NCBI GenBank assembly: GCA_965230295.1
Contig: OZ246001.1
Span: 2,400,001-2,464,000, forward strand
Length of the DNA stretch: 64,000 nucleotides
Origin: Marinicella sp.
Lineage (GTDB): Bacteria > Pseudomonadota > Gammaproteobacteria > Xanthomonadales > Marinicellaceae
Direction of reading: 5' to 3'
Numbering within the stretch: position 1 is the stretch's first letter; every line of letters begins with the position of its first letter. The translations under genes and the position numbers were made by a program. Below are positions 47,229 to 56,444 of the stretch, piece after piece. The notes beneath the pieces are model-generated. The model saw nothing but the letters and a program-made list of their open reading frames with translations, was not told the origin of the DNA and did not search any database.

Positions 47229-49289
47229 CTAACCCAAATTGCGTTGAATGGAATTGATGTGTTGCAGACTGGATAAGCGACTCATGACCTCGCTTAAATG
47301 GTCGAAATCTTTGATTTGAATTGAGATGTTGATGTTGACCAAGCCCGCTTCTAAATCAGGTTCGGCGTTGAGGGCCATGATATCGACTTTTAAATGGGCC
47401 AGTAACGCACTGATGTCTTTGATCACGTGCTTGCGGTTATTGGCGATTATCAACAAAGCAGTGACCGTATCTTCACTGACATCATCACCCCACTTGACAT
47501 TAACCAGGCGATTTGGTTGTTCAGAAATCATATGTAGGTAATTGTCACAACTGGCCTGGTGAACGCTGATGCCCCGGGTTCGGGTAATGAATCCGCCAAT
47601 GACATCACCATGTACCGGGTTGCAACAACTGGCCAGTGTGGTTTTCAGAGAATCAACGCCTTCCACAATCAAACCGCCTGAGTATTGAGTTGATTTGGCT
47701 TTCTTGGGTACTGCTTTTTGCGCGAATTTTTTGACCGGATGCAGTTGTAAATCGGCCCGTCTGAGCACCTGATTAACCGTGATGTCACCGGTGGCAATCA
47801 TCGCATAGAGTTTGTCTGTGTGCTGTAAGTTGAATGACTCCAATAGTTTTTGCATGTCGGCATTTTGTAAAGCAAACTTGTTCAGCTCTGCTTCCAGCAA
47901 TTCTTTACCTATCTGTAAGTTTTTATCAAAATCGTTTTCACGGAACCAATGTCTGACTTTGGCTCTGGCCCTGGCACTTTGCAAATAACCTGATTGCTCA
48001 TGTAGCCAGTCTCTGGATGGTTTGGCCAGTTTGGCTGTCAATACTTCGATTTGATCGCCGGTATTCAAAGCCCGGGTCAGCGGAACGATAGAACCATTCA
48101 CTTTGGCGCCGCGACAACGGTGACCTACCTCTGTGTGCACTTGATAGGCGAAATCCACTGGGGTTGAGCCAAAGGGTAAATCGATCACATCACCGGTGGG
48201 AGTGAATACATAAATGCGTTCTTCTTGTGTATCGGACTGAAAAGCATCCAGTAAGTCATCTGCAGCCGCATGTTCGGTCAGTAGCTGGCGCATCCAATTC
48301 ACTTTGTTGTCATAGCTTTGGTCTTGTTTTGAGCCGTCTTTATAACGCCAATGCGCGGCCACACCCAATTCAGCATGTTCATGCATTTCATGCGTTCTAA
48401 TTTGGACTTCCAGGGTTTTGCCATCAACCACCACAACGGTATGTAAGGATTGATAATTGTTGCCTTTAGGTTGGGCGATGTAGTCGTCAAACTCTTTGGG
48501 TATATGTGACCAGGTGCCATGTACGATGCCCAAAGTGGCATAACAATCTGCCACCGTATCCACCAATACGCGAATGGCACGGATGTCAAACAAACCTTCA
48601 AACTCCAGGTTTTTCTTCTGCATTTTCTTGAATATGCTGTAGATGTGTTTGGGGCGGCCAGCAATGTCTGCCACGATGTTGTTGTTTTTCAGTTCTTCAG
48701 TCAGTTTGATTGAACAGGCTTGGATAAACTGCTCACGGTCATTGCGCTTTTCTGCCAATTTCTTGGCAATTTTTTTGTATTTTTCTCCTTGTAAGAACCG
48801 GAACGACAAATCTTCAAGTTCCCATTTGATTTGCCACACGCCCAGTCGGTTAGCTAAAGCTGCATGATATGTCATCGTTGAAGTGGCCAACTGTTTCTGT
48901 AATTCTTCGCCATAGTCAACAGCAGCACGCATCAACACCAATTGCTCTGCCAATAATATCAACACCAATCTGACGTCGTTGATCATGGCAAACAACAACC
49001 GCCTCAGCCCTTCTGCATTATTGGATTTGGGTTTTAACAACCAATCTGCTTGATGAATCTTGATCAGGTCTTGCAGGGTTGACAGTTGTTTTTCAGTTGA
49101 TTCATCCTGAAATTGTTCCAGTTGTTTTTGCCCAGTTCTGATGGCATGGAACCAGGTGAACACCTGAATGATCTCTTCATCGGCTTGGAGGGCTTTAAGG
49201 ACTTCTGTGGTTTTTGTCAGGTGCGCATAAGAACAGTGGTCATCATCTAACCACAATGAATCGTTTGATTGTTGCACTGGTTCATTCAT
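47229..49289 (-). CDS. relA: (p)ppGpp synthetase RelA (long RSH with a degenerate hydrolase domain)
   Basis: LANRLG, WELEDLSF, GRPKHIYSI, EFDDYI, NNYQSLHT, EVQIRT, TGS and ACT domains; no HD motif. Confidence 0.93.
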   Translation of the reverse strand: MNEPVQQSNDSLWLDDDHCSYAHLTKTTEVLKALQADEEIIQVFTWFHAIRTGQKQLEQFQDESTEKQLSTLQDLIKIHQADWLLKPKSNNAEGLRRLLFAMINDVRLVLILLAEQLVLMRAAVDYGEELQKQLATSTMTYHAALANRLGVWQIKWELEDLSFRFLQGEKYKKIAKKLAEKRNDREQFIQACSIKLTEELKNNNIVADIAGRPKHIYSIFKKMQKKNLEFEGLFDIRAIRVLVDTVADCYATLGIVHGTWSHIPKEFDDYIAQPKGNNYQSLHTVVVVDGKTLEVQIRTHEMHEHAELGVAAHWRYKDGSKQDQSYDNKVNWMRQLLTEHAAADDLLDAFQSDTQEERIYVFTPTGDVIDLPFGSTPVDFAYQVHTEVGHRCRGAKVNGSIVPLTRALNTGDQIEVLTAKLAKPSRDWLHEQSGYLQSARARAKVRHWFRENDFDKNLQIGKELLEAELNKFALQNADMQKLLESFNLQHTDKLYAMIATGDITVNQVLRRADLQLHPVKKFAQKAVPKKAKSTQYSGGLIVEGVDSLKTTLASCCNPVHGDVIGGFITRTRGISVHQASCDNYLHMISEQPNRLVNVKWGDDVSEDTVTALLIIANNRKHVIKDISALLAHLKVDIMALNAEPDLEAGLVNINISIQIKDFDHLSEVMSRLSSLQHINSIQRNLG

Positions 49290-49313
49290 TGTATTGGTGA
49301 CCTGATATAAAAA

Positions 49314-49664
49314 TGTTGAGTTGGTCTATAAGCCGGGTTCTGTTCGTTTTCACGTGGCAATCATTCATCTGGGTCTGACATTGCTGCCAGCCTCAAGCAA
49401 TCTACCCGGAAACAGTGCGGGCACACACCTATAGTTTCCCTATTTGATCTTGCTCCAGGTGGGGTTTACCATGCCGCCTTTGTTACCAAAGTCGCGGTGC
49501 GCTCTTACCGCACCATTTCACCCTTACCTTAAAATATTAAGGCGGTATATTTTCTGCTGCACTGGCCGTAGGCTTGCGCCTCCCGGACGTTATCCGGCAC
49601 CTTGCCCTGTGGAGCCCGGACTTTCCTCGGTGTGATATCACAACGCGATTGCCCGACCAACTCA
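49314..49664 (-). ncRNA. rnpB: RNase P RNA, type A
   Basis: Minus strand GAGGAAAGTCCGGGCTCC ... ACAGAACCCGGCTTAT; P1 helix TGAGTTGGTC/GACCAACTCA; upstream TTGTAA-17-AATAAT promoter. Confidence 0.97.
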
Positions 49665-49688
49665 GTTGGGTATTATTGGGTCAAATGC

Positions 49689-49713
49689 GTTTAATTACAA
49701 CTTGTAATTAAAC
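49689..49713. promoter_or_regulatory. Perfect palindrome between divergent rnpB and S8 peptidase
   Basis: GTTTAATTACAA-C-TTGTAATTAAAC, 12-bp arms, containing the predicted rnpB -35. Confidence 0.55.
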
Positions 49714-49745
49714 ATTAAATGAGCGGTGATTTCAGTTAGAATGTT

Positions 49746-52025
49746 ATGACTTTAAAACGGTCTTACCACACCGCCATGAAATACCATGTCCACTTCCCAC
49801 TCTTTGTTTGGTTTCTGTTGGCCAGTTTTCAACTACAGGGAGCTGAGGAACAATGGGTGAAAATCAATCACCCCAGTCTTGCCACCCAGGCAGCTTTATC
49901 TGACCAAGGTATACACTATGAAAATTTCATTTGGATCAACAAAGCTACACTCAGTGCAACCAATCTAGCCATCGAATCACAGGTGATCAATCAACCCTTC
50001 AGTTACAGGATAGATGACCAATGGCTGGATTTAAGCTTTACCAGACTGCCTCCCACACCTTGGTATTTGGGGGCACAGACCGTCGGAGAAGATTTTTATT
50101 TGGTACAGTTTGCCGGGCCTATCAAGTCAAGCTGGCTACGAAATGTCAAGGCACACCAAGTCAAGCTGATCAGTCCTTTGGCACCATTCTCATGGATTGT
50201 GTGGGGCAATCCTGGCCAATTGGAACATCTGGAACGTGAGAAGCAAGTCAGAAAGGTATATCCTTTTTTTCCTGCCTTTCGTGTTCAACGCGAAAACAGG
50301 TCATTACCTGATCAGGCCATACCGACCATGGCTCTGGTTTACCAGGGAATTCAGGCACAAATCATGATTCAACTACAAAAACTGGGTGTAGTGATTGAAC
50401 AGGTGAACCCCATCAACGACCAATTATCTGCCATCACTTTCACCGTCAAAGGTAATCAATACTTGAAATTGGCTCAAACCCCAGGGATATTAACTGTACA
50501 ACAAATTCATCAGGATGGAGGCGCTCGAGGAGAAATGAGTCAGCAGTCCATTGTAGGGAATTATGATGACAGCAACCAGGTTCAAACTGGATATGCCACT
50601 TGGCTTAGTGACACAGGATTGGATGGTTCTGGTGTCACAGTTGCAGTGGTAGATGGCGGTATTTATCAAAATCACCCTGATCTCAGTAATGTCATTCAAT
50701 GTGTGGGTGATGGTGACAGTTGTGCTGACAGCAATGATTCGCATGGCACCCATGTGGCAGGGGCCATCGGGGGTACTGGTGTGGCCAATTCACTGAATGC
50801 GGCAGGTTTTAACCGCGGTTTGGGTGTGGCCCCTGGTGTGCAAATCGTTGAACAGCTGTATGGTCCTTTGTTAGGCGGTGGCCCTGGTGGCATGGTTGCA
50901 GGAGGGATGCTGTCTATATATAAAGATTCAGCCACCAGTGGTGCTTTATTGAGTAACAATTCCTGGGGGCCAACTGGTACGCCACAAGGTTATGACATCC
51001 CCACCATGGAAGTGGATATGATCAGTCGGGATGCCAATCCTGATGAGCCAGGTAATCAACCTGTTTTGGCTGTTTGGTCCATCATGAATGGCAATGGTGA
51101 TCGCAATTCCGGATCATGTGCGCCTTCTTCATTGGGTTCACCTGATGAAGCCAAGAACTTGTTCGCGGTGGGTTCGACCAAATTACAAAATTCCAATGCA
51201 ACCCAGATCTCGGCAATCTTTGATGTGTCATCCAACAGTGCCCATGGCCCTGCTTGTGATGGGCGCCTGGTCCCGCATATTGTGGCCCCGGGTTGCCGCA
51301 CTGAGGCACCTGATAGCAGCACTGGATATGGTATGAAATGCGGAACATCTATGGCATCGCCTGTGATGTCAGGGTCGATTGCCTTGTTCTGGGAAAAATA
51401 CCGCTCCCGATATACAGTTGATCCAAGTCCTGCTTTAATCAAGGCTGTGTTCACCGCAGTGGCAGATAATTTAAATGGCCAGGATAATGCCGATGGTAAC
51501 CCCATTGGGCATGCACCAGATCGACAACAAGGTTGGGGTCGGGTAAACCTGGATGTGGTCATCAATTCATTTGCTGAATTTTGGTTCCATGACCAAGTCA
51601 CTGTATTCACCGATTCAGGACAGAACTGGCAACAAAGCGTTGCCCCCATCAATCCTGAACTACCCATCAGGGTGATGTTGGTTTGGACTGATGCACCTGG
51701 TGCTGGTTTAGGTGGCACCAACCCTGCATGGGTCAATGATCTGGATTTAACAGTTACCACAAATGTGGACTATTTGGGCAATCAATTTGGTTCAGACAGC
51801 TATTCAACCACCGGAGGATTGGCAGATGACAAGAACAATATGGAAGCGGTCTTTCTAACCGCTGATCAACACATGGGGCAGAAAATCGGCATTGAAGTGA
51901 TGGCCAGTAACATTGCTGCCGATGCATTGAACCCTTTCAATCCCGATGCACCACAACAGGATTTTGCTTTGGTCTGTTTTAACTGTTTTGATAACGACCT
52001 CATCTTTATGGATGGGTACGATTAA
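49746..52025 (+). CDS. Secreted subtilisin-like S8 peptidase (Kp43-like) with C-terminal DLIFMDGYD tag; start may be 49776
   Basis: Triad VAVVDGG, SHGTHVAG, GTSMASP; SNNSWG; LVWTDAPG and VNDLDL C-domain; QDFALV. Confidence 0.93.
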   Translation: MTLKRSYHTAMKYHVHFPLFVWFLLASFQLQGAEEQWVKINHPSLATQAALSDQGIHYENFIWINKATLSATNLAIESQVINQPFSYRIDDQWLDLSFTRLPPTPWYLGAQTVGEDFYLVQFAGPIKSSWLRNVKAHQVKLISPLAPFSWIVWGNPGQLEHLEREKQVRKVYPFFPAFRVQRENRSLPDQAIPTMALVYQGIQAQIMIQLQKLGVVIEQVNPINDQLSAITFTVKGNQYLKLAQTPGILTVQQIHQDGGARGEMSQQSIVGNYDDSNQVQTGYATWLSDTGLDGSGVTVAVVDGGIYQNHPDLSNVIQCVGDGDSCADSNDSHGTHVAGAIGGTGVANSLNAAGFNRGLGVAPGVQIVEQLYGPLLGGGPGGMVAGGMLSIYKDSATSGALLSNNSWGPTGTPQGYDIPTMEVDMISRDANPDEPGNQPVLAVWSIMNGNGDRNSGSCAPSSLGSPDEAKNLFAVGSTKLQNSNATQISAIFDVSSNSAHGPACDGRLVPHIVAPGCRTEAPDSSTGYGMKCGTSMASPVMSGSIALFWEKYRSRYTVDPSPALIKAVFTAVADNLNGQDNADGNPIGHAPDRQQGWGRVNLDVVINSFAEFWFHDQVTVFTDSGQNWQQSVAPINPELPIRVMLVWTDAPGAGLGGTNPAWVNDLDLTVTTNVDYLGNQFGSDSYSTTGGLADDKNNMEAVFLTADQHMGQKIGIEVMASNIAADALNPFNPDAPQQDFALVCFNCFDNDLIFMDGYD

Positions 52026-52056
52026 TGGTCACCATTGGCCTTTGAACTGGGTTTGA

Positions 52057-52941
52057 ATGAAAGTCCCGAAATTGGAAATACATAGGGTTGATAACCCGGT
52101 TGAATACCAGGCTTTGATGGCCAATAAAAAATCAGAGTTACTTGATTTGATGGCAGAAGAGGAATCTTTAACCCTTTTATTGAACGAGCAACACGGAGCC
52201 GTGTATACGGAAGCCATGTGCTGGCCGTTAAAGAAGACCTCCAGGTTCCTCATTGATTGGCAATACAGTGTGCCTGGAAAAGTTAACTGGCGGGAGCGGC
52301 TGGTATGTCAAAATACACGATTAAACAACCGCATCAGAGGCGCCATTCACGTGTTTGAGCAGCATTGTTTACCCGATCACCTGGATCAAATCTATCTGAC
52401 AGAACAACACACAGTGTTGTTTAAGTGGTTCAGAAAAAATTACCCCAATGCCTGTGGCAGTGAATATCTGGACGGTGCCAATGGTTTTAGCCGCCTCAAA
52501 TTCAAAATCAGGTTATTTCCCACCAAACTGGTCCATCAAGATTTAACCAGTTTGTCTTACCCGGAAGATGCTTTTGATTTTGCCTTGTCGTTTGACTGCT
52601 TTGAGCACATCCCGGAATATCAGCAGGCACTGTCCGAGTTGGCTCGAGTGATCAAGCCGAAAGGTCGGTTGTTGTTTTCAGTGCCTTTTGATCCGTCTGC
52701 AGCCAATACCTTGATCCGCGCCACAATGAATGCTGACCAGACGATCACCCACCACACCGAACCTGAGTACCACGGAAATCCGGTATCTAAACAAGGGAGC
52801 CTTAGTTACTATACGTTTGGTTGGGAATTATTGGATCAACTAAAAGATGTCGGCTTTTCAGACGCTTATGGGTTGGTTTACTGGTCCAGTTCTTATGCCT
52901 ATCTTGGAGGGCCGCAGTTGTTGTTGTGTGCGGAGAAATAA
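52057..52941 (+). CDS. Class I SAM-dependent methyltransferase-like protein
   Basis: HQDLTSLSYPEDAFD, FEHIP, ELARVIKPKGRLLFSVP, EPEYHGNP. Confidence 0.75.
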   Translation: MKVPKLEIHRVDNPVEYQALMANKKSELLDLMAEEESLTLLLNEQHGAVYTEAMCWPLKKTSRFLIDWQYSVPGKVNWRERLVCQNTRLNNRIRGAIHVFEQHCLPDHLDQIYLTEQHTVLFKWFRKNYPNACGSEYLDGANGFSRLKFKIRLFPTKLVHQDLTSLSYPEDAFDFALSFDCFEHIPEYQQALSELARVIKPKGRLLFSVPFDPSAANTLIRATMNADQTITHHTEPEYHGNPVSKQGSLSYYTFGWELLDQLKDVGFSDAYGLVYWSSSYAYLGGPQLLLCAEK

Positions 52942-53240
52942 GCCGCAACACAACAACTGTAACGCCCTCAATCAACCTTGTTTTTTACATATTTTTCTAG
53001 CCAAACGTGTCATTGGGTTGCTCATTTCCTTCACCAATAATTGCGAATGAAGCATCATCTAAAATGGCATGACCTTGCGTAATCCAATCAATCATTGAGC
53101 CATGAAAATAAGGGGTATATAGTCATGCAAATGAATGACAATTAAAGTGAATTCAGAATTATTCAGGACTTTTCAGAACTGGAGTGGAGAAGGCTCATTA
53201 TGATGAATGCCACTGTATTTTGAATCGAGGAGTCCGCCCA

Positions 53241-54491
53241 ATGAAAGCCAAGTATTTATTGTTACTGATGATGGTTAAACCTTTATCAGCTGCAGAGTTG
53301 ACCATACCCAACACATTCAGCCCCAACACACCGGCCAGGTCCAGTGAAGTGAATGATAACTTCAGCGCCATTGAAGCATCAGTTGATGACAACGACAGCC
53401 GTATAGACACACTGGAAGGCTTGGTGGCAACCATGCAGTCTCAGATTGCAGCTTTACAAGCTCAAAATACCCAGCAACAAGCCACCATCAACGCCCTCCA
53501 AAACAACTCAGTCCTGGCTTTAGATGGGTTATTGACGCTGGGAACATATGATGGGTATGACACAGCCATTTTTGATGGGGTTAATGTGCAAGTCCTCAAT
53601 GGAGCAGATGTGAGTCCTAATGACACAGTGATCAATGGTTTGGGAAATTTAATCATTGGTTATAACTGGGACAATGTGGTGCTACCTGGCGCTTTTTGTT
53701 CCAATGGCCAATATGACGACCAAACAGACTGCCAAAACAATGGCCATATCTGGGGCGCTCACCAGCATTCCGGTTCGCATAATCTGGTCATGGGGACCGG
53801 CAACTCCTACGTTTCAGGTGGTGCCATTGTGGCTGGGAAATTCAATATTTCAAACAGCAGTTATGGCAGTGTTTTGGGTGGCTCTACCAATCGAGTCAGG
53901 GATGTTGATTCAGTGATTGTGGGTGGGTCGCAAAATTTAATCTCCGAAGATGATGCGGTGATTCTGGGAGGTAAGGACAACACAGTTGATGGCAACCACG
54001 GCACCATCGTAGGGGGTGAAGACAATGTGGTCAGTGGCAGTTATGCCAGTATCACCAGCGGTTATCAAAATCAGGCAACGGCCAGTCGGTCCAGCGTCAC
54101 TGGTGGCCGGCAAAACCAAGCCATACAAGCCTACAGCAGCGTCCATGGTGGTTTTGCTAATACGGCAAGTGGCAATTACACTGCAGTTTCAGGTGGCAGA
54201 GACAATGTTGCCTTTGGCCAATACGCGGTGGTCAGTGGTGGTTGGGAGAATACGGCCCAAGGTGAGTACAGCGCCATTCTGGGTGGTGAAAACAACACGA
54301 CCAATGGCAGACAGTCGGTGATTACAGGCGGTTTCATTAACATTACAGGCGTGTCTGCTACCTGGTCTTCGGTCACTGGTGGCAGGTCTAACCAAACCAT
54401 TGGGACCGAATCAACCGTCAGTGGCGGGTTCAATCGCGATGCCTTTGGTAGTGCCGATTGGGTGGCAGGATCTTTGTTCGAAGATGACTGA
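53241..54491 (+). CDS. Secreted fibre-like protein: IPNTF...EVNDNF N-domain, coiled coil, 15-aa beta-helix repeats
   Basis: GAGGAG RBS before ATG 53241; signal peptide; heptad stretch RIDTLEGLVATMQSQIAALQAQNTQQQATINALQ; about 13 SVxGGxxNxAxG repeats. Confidence 0.8.
   Translation: MKAKYLLLLMMVKPLSAAELTIPNTFSPNTPARSSEVNDNFSAIEASVDDNDSRIDTLEGLVATMQSQIAALQAQNTQQQATINALQNNSVLALDGLLTLGTYDGYDTAIFDGVNVQVLNGADVSPNDTVINGLGNLIIGYNWDNVVLPGAFCSNGQYDDQTDCQNNGHIWGAHQHSGSHNLVMGTGNSYVSGGAIVAGKFNISNSSYGSVLGGSTNRVRDVDSVIVGGSQNLISEDDAVILGGKDNTVDGNHGTIVGGEDNVVSGSYASITSGYQNQATASRSSVTGGRQNQAIQAYSSVHGGFANTASGNYTAVSGGRDNVAFGQYAVVSGGWENTAQGEYSAILGGENNTTNGRQSVITGGFINITGVSATWSSVTGGRSNQTIGTESTVSGGFNRDAFGSADWVAGSLFEDD
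53860..54455 (+). repeat. Tandem 15-residue (45-bp) S/A-V/I-x-G-G-x-x-N repeats (approximate bounds)
   Basis: e.g. DAVILGGKDNTVDG, YSSVHGGFANTASG, YAVVSGGWENTAQG, YSAILGGENNTTNG. Confidence 0.85.
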
Positions 54492-54504
54492 TTCGGAGCT
54501 GATC

Positions 54505-54921
54505 ATGAACTTAAAGACTAAAATAATCATGGGTATGTGCTTGATGGTTTCCGTGGGTACCTCAATGGCCAATGACTTGATTTTTAAAACCGGGTTTGAA
54601 AACCAATACGCAATCGGTGGTCAGGTGAATGGTTTAACATCTTCACCTTTGGTGTTGGAATTGATCAGTGTTTCAGGGCCTGATGAGGTCACGATAACAA
54701 CAGATGGCACCTTCTACTTTGAGCTTTTGGTCAGTGCAGGCCATGCATGGCGGGTGGAATTGAAATCGTTGCCCAGCCAACCCGGGCAACAAAGCTGCCA
54801 ATTAAGTAACAATTCCGGTAGCGCTTTGCCTGTGGGCGGGGTGAATGATGTCAATATCAATTGCCAAAACCAGGCTTGGGACTGGGATGTGATGGATTGG
54901 GATCAGGGTGGTTGGAACTAG
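54505..54921 (+). CDS. Small secreted protein: N-terminal DLIFKTGFE tag, one beta-sandwich repeat, C-terminal WDWDVMDWDQGGWN
   Basis: GGAG RBS before ATG 54505; signal peptide ending SMA; YAIGGQVNGL...P.QQ.C.L.N.SG...V.I.C module. Confidence 0.78.
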   Translation: MNLKTKIIMGMCLMVSVGTSMANDLIFKTGFENQYAIGGQVNGLTSSPLVLELISVSGPDEVTITTDGTFYFELLVSAGHAWRVELKSLPSQPGQQSCQLSNNSGSALPVGGVNDVNINCQNQAWDWDVMDWDQGGWN

Positions 54922-54992
54922 ATTGTTTATTCACATATTAATTCATTAATTCAAAAAAAAGTGTTTAAATTATTGAAATATATGCTATATTT

Positions 54993-55014
54993 ATATTGAA
55001 TATTTATTCAATAT
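54993..55014. promoter_or_regulatory. Perfect inverted repeat upstream of the HipA-like kinase (candidate autoregulatory operator)
   Basis: ATATTGAATA-TT-TATTCAATAT; TTAATTCA direct repeats at about 54938-54953. Confidence 0.5.
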
Positions 55015-55028
55015 TGGTTGCAGAAAAG

Positions 55029-56357
55029 ATGAATTCACTTGAAAGAGTAATAAAAGTCTTACAATCAGGTTTTATTACGCAAAAAGAAATCAAATCAATT
55101 ACAAAGCTTTCACAAGCGACAATTTCTAGGTGTCTTAGGAAGTTAGGTAATAACTTATTGTTGTTGCCTAATTCAAGTCCAAAGAAATATGCTTTGCCTG
55201 ATGTTGTATTCGACACAGACGTTCCTTTTGGTCTTGTCGAAATGGATGAACATGGTAAAGAATCATTCCTTGGATATGTACATGCAATTAATGGAGGCAA
55301 GTTCTTTGTTAGACTGAATAGTACTGCTTCTAGATTGTACTTAGGAACAAAAAAAAATGGACTATTTGATGCTTTACCATATTTTTTGGATGATCTGAGG
55401 CCTCAGGGGTTTTTAGGCAATCAAATCGCAGAACAGCTTTCCAAAATATCTCAAGATTACCCCAAAAGACTTAGTTCTTGGTCCGCAAAGAATATCTTTC
55501 AATATTTAGTAGAATATGGAGATGATCTTCCTGGTAATCTAATATTTGGAGATGGAGTTTTTAAATCAATAAAACAACCAATTTCTCCAGTTAGCACAAA
55601 TAGTTACAATTTTATGTGCAATCAAATAAATGAAGGGATTATTGACCCTGGATCTTCAGCGGGTGGAGAACAACAGAAATTTACCGTATTCAATGAAGAA
55701 CTTAATTCTCATGTGTTGGTTAAATTTACTTCAAATGAAAACGATTCAGTTACTAGAAGATGGAAAGATATACTAATCACTGAATTTCATGCACTGCAAA
55801 CATTGATTGAAAAAAATATTCCAGCTGCAGAAGTTAGAATGATCGATAAAGATAACAGGTATTATTTAGAGACAAAACGATTTGACCGATTAGGCAACTT
55901 TGGGAGGTGTTCTATGTTTTCATTACAATCGATAGATATGGAATTCACTGGAATTGGGGATAACTGGAATGAAATATCGACAGAACTTTATAAGCTTGGA
56001 TTGATTTCTCCGAATGATGATTACTATATTTACTTTTTATGGTACTTTAGTAAGTTGATTGGTAATACAGATACCCATTTAGGCAATATTAGTTTCGGTA
56101 TAAAGGGAGATTCTTTTAGCTTGCTGCCAATTTACGATATGTGCTCGATGGCAATGGCTCCAAAACTAAATCAGCTAAAACCAATATCTTTCAATATACC
56201 TAGCATTAATGAATTTAATTTGAATGTGAATTATAAAGATTTAATTGCTGATGCAGCAATCTCATTTTGGAAAAGAGTCATTGATGATGATCGAATTTCT
56301 AGTGAATTTAAAAATTACTTAAAATATACAAATCCTATTAAGAAAATCAAGTCTTAA
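55029..56357 (+). CDS. yjjJ: HipA-family Ser/Thr kinase with N-terminal HTH (YjjJ/HipH-like), AT-rich, no antitoxin gene
   Basis: HTH LSQATISRCL, LPYFLDDLRPQGFLG, GSSAGGEQQKF, KRFDR, IGNTDTHLGN, LLPIYDM. Confidence 0.88.
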   Translation: MNSLERVIKVLQSGFITQKEIKSITKLSQATISRCLRKLGNNLLLLPNSSPKKYALPDVVFDTDVPFGLVEMDEHGKESFLGYVHAINGGKFFVRLNSTASRLYLGTKKNGLFDALPYFLDDLRPQGFLGNQIAEQLSKISQDYPKRLSSWSAKNIFQYLVEYGDDLPGNLIFGDGVFKSIKQPISPVSTNSYNFMCNQINEGIIDPGSSAGGEQQKFTVFNEELNSHVLVKFTSNENDSVTRRWKDILITEFHALQTLIEKNIPAAEVRMIDKDNRYYLETKRFDRLGNFGRCSMFSLQSIDMEFTGIGDNWNEISTELYKLGLISPNDDYYIYFLWYFSKLIGNTDTHLGNISFGIKGDSFSLLPIYDMCSMAMAPKLNQLKPISFNIPSINEFNLNVNYKDLIADAAISFWKRVIDDDRISSEFKNYLKYTNPIKKIKS

Positions 56358-56444
56358 ATTAATTGTCATTTTAAGTTCCCTCATGTTTATATTTTATACA
56401 GGTCAAGTATAATGCAGGGTTTTGCATTATCCTTGAATCAACCC

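Noticed and set aside
49444-49635. 63-aa plus-strand ORF
   Set aside because: Lies antisense within the RNase P RNA gene; a typical spurious ORF.
51056-51760. 234-aa minus-strand ORF
   Set aside because: In-register antisense shadow of the S8 peptidase with no recognisable motifs.
53860-54455. 45-bp periodicity as a possible CRISPR or DNA repeat array
   Set aside because: Conserved only at protein level inside an intact ORF; no identical direct repeats and no cas genes.
54455-54491. Fibre C-terminus DWVAGSLFEDD as another tag copy
   Set aside because: Has Asp1 and Phe8-Glu9 but lacks Ile-Phe and Gly7 and continues the beta-helix repeat register; too weak to count.
53184-56357. Fibre gene plus HipA kinase as a prophage remnant
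   Set aside because: No integrase, capsid, terminase or att repeats; the fibre has a Sec signal peptide and host-like composition.
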